From: Camelus dromedarius
Taxonomy: Eukaryota
Assembly: GCF_036321535.1 (NCBI RefSeq)
Contig: NC_087437.1
Coordinates: 40,550,001-40,614,000, forward strand
Length of the DNA: 64,000 nt
Direction of reading: 5' to 3'
Positions 39,323 through 48,560 of the stretch are shown here, piece after piece. The translations under genes were made by a program, and so were the position numbers. Numbering within the stretch: position 1 is the stretch's first letter; each line of letters opens with the position of its first letter. The notes under the pieces are model-generated. The model made no database searches, was not told the origin of the DNA, and saw only the letters and a program-made list of their open reading frames with translations.

Positions 39323-40619
39323 ACAGACTCCTACATTTAAAAGAAGTGAGAAGATCCTTGAATATTTCATATGCCAAAGTTAAAAAAAAAAAAAGAGTAT
39401 TTTAACTAGTTGATTTGTTGTTGTTGTTGTTGAGGACTGTATTGCTAGTGAGATTTGGCAGTTATAACTAAGTCCAAGGATACATAAAGTTGAAGTGTGT
39501 GGGTCTTTCCGCCAATCCTTACACCTCTTTCTCAGACTCATTTGGTTGAAAGTAACAGAAACCCACTTGGACAAGCTCAAGCCTAAAAAAGAGGATATAG
39601 TTCAAAGTTGCAGGATCCTCCAAGGACAGTTGTGCAGCTCAGCCTGGAACCAAACTGGAACCTAAGACTTCGGTCTTATCAGCACTCTATCTGCTCCTCT
39701 CTTTGCATCTGCCTCATTTTGGTTTCTCTCTACAGAGCAGCTTACAGTGCTTTTCTTCTCCATGATAGAGCAAGTACGACCACCAATAGCTCCCAAGATT
39801 ATATTTCTTCCATTCAATATGCCAGGCCAGCTGAGGCTAGACTCTTTCAGTGTACATTCCAGTCATCTCTGGGAAGGTGTTCATTGGCCTAGCTTGGCTC
39901 GGGTATCCATTCTTGGTCCAACTGGCTATGACTGGGGGCAAGGTCAACCATCGCGGCATGAAGCCCTGCTGCTATGGCCACATGGTTCACAGGGTGGGAC
40001 AGGAGCCAGGAACAGACACAGAGCTTGGTAGCCAACCCTACAAGAGGCCACTGAAATTCTCAGTCTACCATTTGGTGGCTCAGGGCTCCCCTCTTTAGTT
40101 ATTTACCTGATCTTTCCATCGCTGAATTATACCATGAGTATATTCTACTTCTACATCCTCCTCTGAGCAATTTTTTTTTAATCTTGTGTACCATTATAAT
40201 AGAATTCTGCTAGATGACCAATTATTCTGATAGACAGCAAACTGTAGCAAAGATTTCAGATAACTGATACCCAGAATATCCATTTTCTCATTTGATAAAT
40301 GGGGATATTGTCTAATTAGCTTGGGGTATTGTTTTGAGGTTTAGAGAGTAATAATAGTAATAACAATAATAATTCTACTCCCTTCTAAATACATTTTCAG
40401 TTTAACTTGAATATTAATGGAAATAAAATATTTTATGGGAATTTCAAATACTGTGTCAGAAAGGCAATGGGGGAGATAGAAACTTTAGTGACCCTGAGAT
40501 CACATAACGTAAAACTTTAATCCCATTTTTTTACATTCAGATTGATCCTACATAGAAATCAGTTGAGTATATGCATAATCTTTTATAATTTTTTTTTTAT
40601 AATCTGAAGGGAAAGATTT

Positions 40620-40790
40620 ACCTAGCTATGTGATTTTGAGCACAGCACTGTGCCAGTTTCTTCATCTATAAAATGGGATAATAATAGACACTACCTCATA
40701 GGGTTGTGAGGATTAAATGAGTTATTATCTGTAAAATATAATAGAACAAAGCCTAGCAATAGTAAACACTATATAAATGTTAACATTGAT
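40620..40790 (+). mobile_element. MIR SINE
   Basis: cagtttcttcatctataaaatgggataataat...ctacctcatagggttgtgaggattaaatgag. Confidence 0.85.
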
Positions 40791-42060
40791 TATTATTCTT
40801 TAATACATTGTTTCTTAAACTGTAGGTTAAAATGCATTGACAACGAAATACACTTAATATGTCTGTTACATTCACTTTAGAGTTTATTGCAATTTAAGCC
40901 TGAAAATTCAAACATTCCTAACATCAGCCTTTCCTATTTTATCTTTTCTGGCTATTCCTTTTTGCTTTCTTCCTCTTACTTCCATTCCAATTCCACAGAA
41001 CATAAGTTAAAACTTGAAGAAAAGAAGTGCTATGTGACACTATTCAGGAAAAGGAGGTGAGTAGTTTTTAAGCATCTGGTTCTCATCTTATTTAAAGCAT
41101 GAAAATAGGAATTGGAATCTTGTAGATCAGTATTGATTTGGCAGGTAAGAGGAGAATGGAGCCCCAAGGAGAAAGTCTAGTCAATGAGGGGAAGTAACTT
41201 TGTACTGGCAGGGACAGTAGCATTAAGCTAATATGGGAAGTAAAGTGCATGGGGAAGAGGATAGATAGGAAAAAGATAAAAGTGCTCTGAGAAAGTTAAA
41301 GAGCATCATTATGGTCATAATTCTCACAAGCAGAAATAAATGAAAAGCTACAGAGAAAAATGGGATGGAAAAGGAAACAGTTGAGAGTCTTTTGTGAAAC
41401 TGAAGGATCTTGTAGCATTTGACTTGCTGCTTAAAAATATTTCAAACAAGTTTTTGTTGTTGTTGTTGAGAATCAAGGAAGGGGTAAGAGCAGGCTTTGG
41501 AACCATCAACCTACAACTAGTTTCTCTTTCTTGGAAAAGAGCAGAAGGTGCAAAGGAAATCATAAGCCTGTTGGTATGCTCGATTAACATTTATTTGACT
41601 TTTCTTACCACTCCTGCATAAAAATAAAATGAATTTACATTGAATGTTTGCATTTTACCCTATCCTTTTTGCTTCCGTATTCTTAATAACTGATATTAGC
41701 AAGTCATTATCAATAGATTAGTAAATAGAGACAAGAGGAAAACATTTGCCGCAAACCATTTATCAGGCCACATGGCAGAACTGGTCTTCAAATTTATAAT
41801 CTCTAAATTCTTGCTTGTATTACTACCAGACGTCCATAACTACTGAAGAAATTCTAGACCACCTAGTACCAGTTGGTTGTATCTTCTCTGTCTGCTTTAA
41901 GTTGAGACAATGGGTAGGGTCCCCTACCCCCACCCCCAGTCATTTGGAATTTTTACATGCACACAGGCACACACTCTCACTCCTGCTGGCAGCCGAGATG
42001 GTGAGGTAGGAGGCCATGCAAAACCTATCTAATGGCTATTTCCTGGGGGGAGGAGGGGTT

Positions 42061-42135
42061 GGGGGTGTGTAGCTCAGTGGTAGGGCGCATGGAGTTCAGT
42101 TCCCAGTACCTCCATTAAAAAAACAAAAAAAGAAT
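42061..42135 (+). mobile_element. Internally deleted tRNA-derived SINE
   Basis: gtgtagctcagtggtagggcgcatg, then gagttcagttcccagtacctcc and an A tail; the central ~20 nt is missing compared with the copy at 33797. Confidence 0.75.
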
Positions 42136-44262
42136 AAGAATATTTACTAACCAATACATAAACTGACTTCACACTGACTTTTAAACATTGATGAAGACCA
42201 TCAGTAGGTGGGGATTACAATATTCATTACCTCATCATGTTTATTTTTTCTAAGGCCTGTATTCTCTGTGTCCATTCAATTCTGTTTCTGAGATAAAGAG
42301 CCATTACCATTTCTTTCAGTGCTTTTGTTTGATATTATACAATCAATTTTACTGATAATTTCCAAAATCCTTAAGTAGACCTGCAAAAATGTGGGTTAAC
42401 GTGCACCTCCCCATCTACATCAGATCTATGTAAATGTACCCTGCTTAGTTTCGCTTGAGTTCAAACCTGTATCTTTGAGGCCAAGACCTTGGGAATTCAA
42501 GGGCAAAGTGAATTTTAATTTGGTACATTTTGTACTTTGATGAATAATGAAAAAAGAAAAAGAAAAAAAAAAAAAGAAACCCTCAAAGCTTGACTGGTTC
42601 TAGTCACATTTGCCTGTCGCTATTTCTCAAACCATTGTACATAAAATCACCAGCACAAAAGATCCTCCCCTCAAAAAACAGATTCCTGGAGAAAGCAAAT
42701 CAAAAGAACAGGGGAGGGGAAAATGTGTTTGATTTCTCAAAAATCTATTTACTGTCCAATTGATTTTTGGTCCTTGGATGTGCTAGCAAGTAATTAATTT
42801 TTATGGCTGATAAAATGAGTACTGAACGTGTACCATTAACTGCAGTTTGAAATCACTTTTTTAAAAATCTGTCATTTTGGTTTCTAAAAATTGTTTGCTT
42901 TTTTTTTTCTCGCTAGACAGGAGCCAAGTGCTGAGAGCTGACCAGATGCCAAGTCTCAGGACTGTCCCGTCTTCCACATCAGACCTTCAGCCGGGCCTTC
43001 TGAATATCCTCGAGGTTAGAAAATCTATTCCCCAGACTCGCAGATGCTGTTCTCCCCCCACTGGCTCTGCACAGAACATCATTATCTTTGCTGAGCTTCT
43101 GTCTCTATGGCAATAACAGATGGGAAGTGCTGCGGAATTATTCATGTTCTGGAAAGGAGGCAGTCAAGAAGGAGGGGAAGGTGGTGGGGGGTGGGAGAGG
43201 GGGCACGACCTGGGAGCAAGGCGATGGGGGTGTGAGGCACGGAACTTGGGAGTGGAGGGAATAAGAGGCTTCTGATCTTCTGGTAGGCCCGTTGGGAGGA
43301 AAACGGGGGGTGGGGAAACCTATGAGCACAGGAGCATTCCCAGTTGGCCGCCTCAAAATGTGGACCCCACATGAGTGACCTTGAAGCAGTAAAACCAGGA
43401 GAAATTGGACGACAATGAGCAAAAAGAAAAAAATTAAAAAAGGTAGGAGACAAAGCTCGAGTCTTCTGAATTCGGTTCACCGAGACCTGGGGGACTGTTT
43501 CAGTTCCTGATCTTGCGGTGGGGTGCAAAAAAGGGGTTTTTCTTGGTGTTTCGAAATATGACGGAGCAGCTCGGCAGAGTTCAATATGCTAATTGGCTAG
43601 CCTGGGAACACGGACCAGGACACCACTCTGTTCGGCCCTCAGGGTCACAGCCCAAAGCTCTGAAGTCGTTGCTTTTCTAGTCTCATCTCGTGTTCTCCTC
43701 CAAAACAAAACCCCAAACCCTTCAGTAAACACTGTAGAAACATGTAATTTCTAGGTCCCTTTTGGAACCGAGAGAGCAGTCTGGTGAGGGGGTGGGGGTG
43801 AAGGGAGGCTGAGAAGTAGAGACAAAAATGTTGTCTCTCGGTTTTGCCGGAACTTTGGTCAGTCCTTTGGCCCGGCCCGATAGAGAAGGAGGTCAGCCTG
43901 GCGAAGGCGTCTGGGCGGAGGCCACCCAGGACAGGCGGGGGCCGCCGGGGTGGGGCGGAGCGCAGCGCAGGCAGCTGGCGGGGCGGCCCTTCCGCAGGAG
44001 GCCCCGCGGGGGCGGGGGGCAGCCCCCGCGCGCAGAGCCCACACGGGGGGGCGCGGCTGGGCGGCCGCCACCCTGCTGCCTCCAGGGCGGGGCGGCCCAG
44101 CTGCGGCCGCGCTGGGGGAGGGTCGCCCGTGCCTGACCTCGGGCGGCGGCGCTCCGCCAGGCGGGCCCTGCCTCCGCCCTGCCGGCTGCTGGGGTCGTGC
44201 ACAGTGCACCGTGCGGCCGCCCTGCCCCCTCTCTCCGTGTCGCGCGGCAGCCGAGAGACCAG

Positions 44263-44710
44263 GGCGCCCCCGGGTCTGGCCGGTCACCACCGAGCAGCGG
44301 GTGGGACGGGGGCGGGGCGGTGGCGGCCCCAGACAGCCGGCTGGGCGACTCGAGGAAGGAAGGAGGGAGGGCGGCGGTGGGGGTGGGGCGGGGAGGGAAC
44401 ATCCTGTCTGCGCCGGGCGCACCGCAGACAGCGCCGCGCGCCAGCCGCCCAGACGGCGCGCGGGGCCAGGAGCGCCGGGCGCGCGCCTGGGGGGAGGGGC
44501 GCGCGCGCGCCAGACGACTGGCCGGGGGTACCCTCCGGAGCCACAATAGGCCAGACGGCACACGCGTCCTCGAGGGGCAAGAAGCCGCGAGGCGGCGGCG
44601 GCGGCGGCGGCGAGGGCGCGCGCACGGTGTCGCTGCTGGCTCGGTTCCCCTCCCCTCCCCCCCGCCGCCCTCGCTCTCCCCCGGGCGGCCGGAGACGGCG
44701 GCGGCGTCTG
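44263..44710. promoter_or_regulatory. Cluster of Smad-binding elements
   Basis: GTCTG at 44274, 44406, 44706; CAGAC at 44330, 44425, 44450, 44511, 44552; GGCGCC at 44263. SKIL is an established TGF-beta/Smad target. Confidence 0.75.
44591..44611 (+). repeat. (GGC)7 promoter triplet repeat; second (CGG)7 at 44835-44855
   Basis: Read directly from the sequence. Confidence 0.95.
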
Positions 44711-44758
44711 CGGGAAGCCGTGTGTCTCCGCAGTGACGTGGGCGGGCCGAGGGCTCGG

Positions 44759-44766
44759 TGACGTCA
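44759..44766. promoter_or_regulatory. Palindromic CRE (TGACGTCA); second ATF-type TGACGTGG at 44734-44741
   Basis: Exact motifs near the presumed TSS. Confidence 0.7.
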
Positions 44767-44769
44767 GAG

Positions 44770-44861
44770 GGCTGTGTGTAGCGATGTGTGTGGGGTTCGG
44801 AGCGGCGCCGGCACAGCCGAGGGGAGCGAGCGAGCGGCGGCGGCGGCGGCGGCGGGCACAG
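44770..44861 (+). other. SKIL: SKIL non-coding first exon (start approximate)
   Basis: Donor GCACAG|gtgcgg at 44861/44862 within the CpG island; TSS inferred, not visible. Confidence 0.55.
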
Positions 44862-46473
44862 GTGCGGCCCCGGCTCGCGGGGGTGACGCGGCGGGAGGCA
44901 AGGGGCGCGCGGCCCCTGGGGTGCCCGACGGCGGCGTCGGAGGGTAGTGGGGAGTTAACAAAGCTCCTCGGGCTTCCTCGGGCTTGGAGGCCGGAGTCGG
45001 GGGTCCGGATGCGCGGGTCCCGGGTGGGGTCGGGGCCATGGGGTGGCGCGGGGCGGGTGTCCCACGGCAGATAATGCTTCGCCCATCCCGGACGGTGGAC
45101 GCGGGCAGGGGCAGGGCGCTGCACTTGACCAGAGCCGTCGGGACCCCGGAGACCCGGACGCCGGTCACCGCCCCCCTCCCCCCGCCGCCCGTCTGCGCTC
45201 CGCAGGGATGCCCCGGGCTGAATCGGGTCGGCCGGCGCCCGGCGGCGCGGGGATCCCGGCTCCGCGCCCCACCCGCGCGCTGACCCCTCTGCCTCTGGCC
45301 CTGGGCAGGCGAGGGGAGGCGCAGACTTAGGGGTGCTGGGGTAACACCCGAGAACTTCCCGGGGAGAGGGTGCGCGGGGGATTTCCACAGTCCTCCTCGC
45401 GGCCCCCTCAGTGGGGCGATGTTGGGAGGGCACTGGGGTGTTCCGAGACCGCAGGTGGGGGTTGGGGGACTCCTCTTCCTCCACTTCCCACTGCCACCTT
45501 GCATACCCCAAGGCGGGACTGTTCCCTTGCCCTCCACTCTCCGCCTCCCCCTGGAGTATGAAATGGGTGAGTGGCTTTGTGTGGGCCGAGGATTTCACGG
45601 TTTGGGGGCTCCCCCATTCTAGGTCATGCCTTCTGCCCTCTTCCTTGGCCTGCGTTGGCTGAGGTGTTCCTGTGGTGGGCGAAAGTCAGTACGTTGGCTA
45701 GTGGCCTTGGCCCTTAACCCTTTTTGTCTGTTTTAAGGTAAATTTCTCGGAGTTTGGGAGGCATACGTTTCTATTTATTGAATTTCTTTTGGATTTTCTC
45801 TGTAGAAGGAAGTGGAAGAAGAATCTTTTCTTTTTCCCTTTTCCTCCATTTGCATTCTTTGTGAGGTCTGTCTGCCTTGTGGTTTTTGTCCCGGATTAGT
45901 CTTGTTCAAGGCTGGAGATTCCCAGGAGTGGAGTCTATAGCTTTTGGCTTCCATTAAGCAAATTCTCTAACCTTTTAAAGGGAAGGTTAATTTTTGCCTA
46001 CAGTCATTCCGGAAAAATGGCATACACTGACTAGAGGAATTATACACTTAAGATTGTAATTTAGTTACATATGGTAGATATGTTAACTAGTATCTCTTTT
46101 TTTTGGAAGAAACTGGTGTTTTTTTTTAATTAAGAGATGAAGTAATAGATTGTTTTAGTTAAAAAGCCATAACTGAGAAAGCCTGTAGTACTGAATTTTG
46201 GGTGAGATGTTCTGCTTGAGGTTCTTCCTGTTCCGAGTTGGAATAGTCCTCACCCTTTTGAGGGATATTATTGTTCCCTTTACCCATTTCAAATTGCTTT
46301 CGTATTTAAATGAAGATTCTTCTAGTTAACTGTTAGATTTAAAGAAATCACTCAAGTGTCACCTTTGGTGAAGTGAACTCAGTTTAAGATTAAGAAACTA
46401 GTTTCAAACTGACCCTTTGGCCTCTGGAGCAAATTCAAATGTAACTCTCCCCCCAACCCCTCTTCTCTTCCAG

Positions 46474-47135
46474 ATTAATTAAAAGAAGAATTAACAGTAA
46501 TCCTTGAAGATAACTGGACAATTTTTCTTTAGATTTCATTTTTAATTGTAGACGTTCAAGTAGAGTCAGAGGCTCTTCTTGCTGGTGTGAAGATTTATAC
46601 AAGTCTTCAGTTTGTCCACACAGACCAACAGATCATCATTTTTGGAGAAAATACCCCCCCCCCCACCTTTGGTGTCCTTGGTGCCAAAAATTAAATTTGA
46701 GTGCATTATTTTGACACAAGTAATTGCATAGACTTTTTGCATGTTGTGCTTAAAACCAAACCAAACCATTGCGTTGAACCTGGACGTCTTGAATTGAGAG
46801 AATTGGTAACTTTATTTTAATACATATATCTGAAGAATTAGAAATAAAGGCTTCCTTGGAGGTGTGCCTTTTAAAATTATTTTCTTTATTATTAAACATA
46901 AAGTAAGAAATTTTATAGTACCTGCAGTGAAATTACACTACAGTATAAGCAGAACCAAAACAAAGTTGCAAAATCTATTGAGTAGTTTAGGGCAATCTCT
47001 CTGGAAACTTAAATTTTCTGTGAGAGTAAGTTACCATAAGTATTGGTATACATTGCTTTTCTCTCTTCAGATAAGCAACTAAATAACAATGCAAATCTCA
47101 GACTTCCTTATTTAAACCAGTAGTTTTTTTTAGCA
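46474..47135 (+). other. SKIL: 5'UTR part of SKIL exon 2
   Basis: Strong acceptor ctcttctcttccag|ATTAAT at 46473/46474; only two ATGs in 662 nt; second acceptor ctctcttcag| at 47070. Confidence 0.65.
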
Positions 47136-48233
47136 ATGGAAAACCTACAAACAAATTTTCCCTTGGTTCAGGGCTCAAATAAAAAACTGAATGGAATGGG
47201 AGATGATGGCAGCCCTCCAGTGAAAAAAATGATGACGGACATTCATGCAAATGGAAAAATGATGATAAACAAGATGCCAACAGTAAAGAAGGAACACTTG
47301 GATGACTATGAAGCGCCAATGGAAACTGATGAAGAGCATGTCAAGCGAACCTGTGCCTCTGTGCCTGAACCTTTACATTTAAATCCCAGTTTGAAACACA
47401 CTTTGGCACAGTTCCATTTAAGTAGTCAGAGTTCTCTGGGTGGACCAGCCGCATTTTCTGCTCGGTATTCCCAAGAAAGCATGTCACCTACTGTATTTCT
47501 GCCTCTTCCATCTCCTCAGGTTCTTCCTGGTCCACTGCTCATCCCTTCTGATAGCTCCACAGAACTCACCCAGACTGTGTTGGAAGGGGAGTCTATTTCC
47601 TGTTTTCAGGTTGGAGGAGAAAAGAGACTCTGTTTGCCCCAAGTCTTAAATTCTGTTCTCCGAGAATTTTCACTCCAGCAAATAAATACAGTGTGTGATG
47701 AATTGTACATCTATTGTTCAAGGTGTACATCAGACCAGCTTCATATCTTAAAGGTCCTGGGAATACTTCCATTCAATGCCCCATCCTGTGGGCTGATCAC
47801 ATTAACTGATGCACAAAGACTATGTAATGCTTTATTGCGGCCACGCACTTTCCCTCAAAACGGTAGTATACTTCCTGCTAAAAACTCATTGGCCCAGTTA
47901 AAGGAAACTGGCAGTGCCTTTGAAGTGGAACATGAATGCTTGGGCAAATGTCAGGGTTTATTTGCACCCCAGTTTTATGTTCAGCCTGATTCTCCATGTA
48001 TTCAGTGTCTGGAGTGCTGTGGAATGTTTGCACCCCAGACATTTGTGATGCATTCTCACAGATCACCCGACAAAAGGACTTGCCACTGGGGCTTTGAATC
48101 AGCCAAATGGCATTGCTATCTTCATGTGAACCAAAAATACTTAGGGACACCTGAAGAAAAGAAACTGAAGATAATTTTAGAAGAAATGAAGGAGAAGTTT
48201 AGCATGAGAAATGGGAAGAGAACTCAGTCCAAG
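47136..48233 (+). CDS. SKIL: SKI-like proto-oncogene SnoN, first coding exon (aa 1-366): Dachshund-homology domain, D-box [13 protein letters not shown]-like Smad4-binding domain
   Basis: gcaATGG start; [14 protein letters not shown]...KRTQSK; 1098 nt ending at AAG|gcaagt. Confidence 0.97.
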
Positions 48234-48429
48234 GCAAGTTTTATTTTATTTTTTAATAGTAATTTTGAATAATGGTTATGGTTTACCTTGAAATCAAGTC
48301 TGTTAGAATGCAACTTAAGCTGTGTGTTAAGAATCTTGCTGCTCATGCAACAACAAAAATATTGATATATGTAATATGTTTGTGTTATACATTTTAGGGT
48401 ATAAAATGCTTTCCTGTGTGTGTTTGATC

Positions 48430-48560
48430 TTCTAAATACCCTACTGAGAGAAGTGGGATTATTCCCATTTTACAGATAAAGAGAATGAGGCTCAGAGAGA
48501 TCAAGTGGCTTTCCCAAGATTATATAGCCAGGGAGTGGAGGATTTGGGACTTCCTTCTCA
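48430..48560 (-). mobile_element. MIR SINE
   Basis: attattcccattttacagataaagagaatgaggctcagagaga. Confidence 0.8.

Larger units (their letters stand above)
43850..45450 (+). promoter_or_regulatory. SKIL: CpG island / SKIL promoter
   Basis: Abruptly GC-rich and CpG-dense; many GC boxes, CAGAC/GTCTG Smad elements and CRE sites; 1.7-3.3 kb upstream of the SKIL ATG. Confidence 0.92.

Noticed and set aside
43645..45662. Many long overlapping ORFs on both strands, up to 579 aa (43859-45598 -)
   Set aside because: Low-complexity Pro/Arg/Gly/Ala translations, open in several frames at once; expected from stop-codon scarcity in a CpG island.
47136..48272. 378-aa ORF as a complete single-exon gene
   Set aside because: It is SKIL exon 2 reading into the intron; similarity continues in exons at 59268 and 60888.
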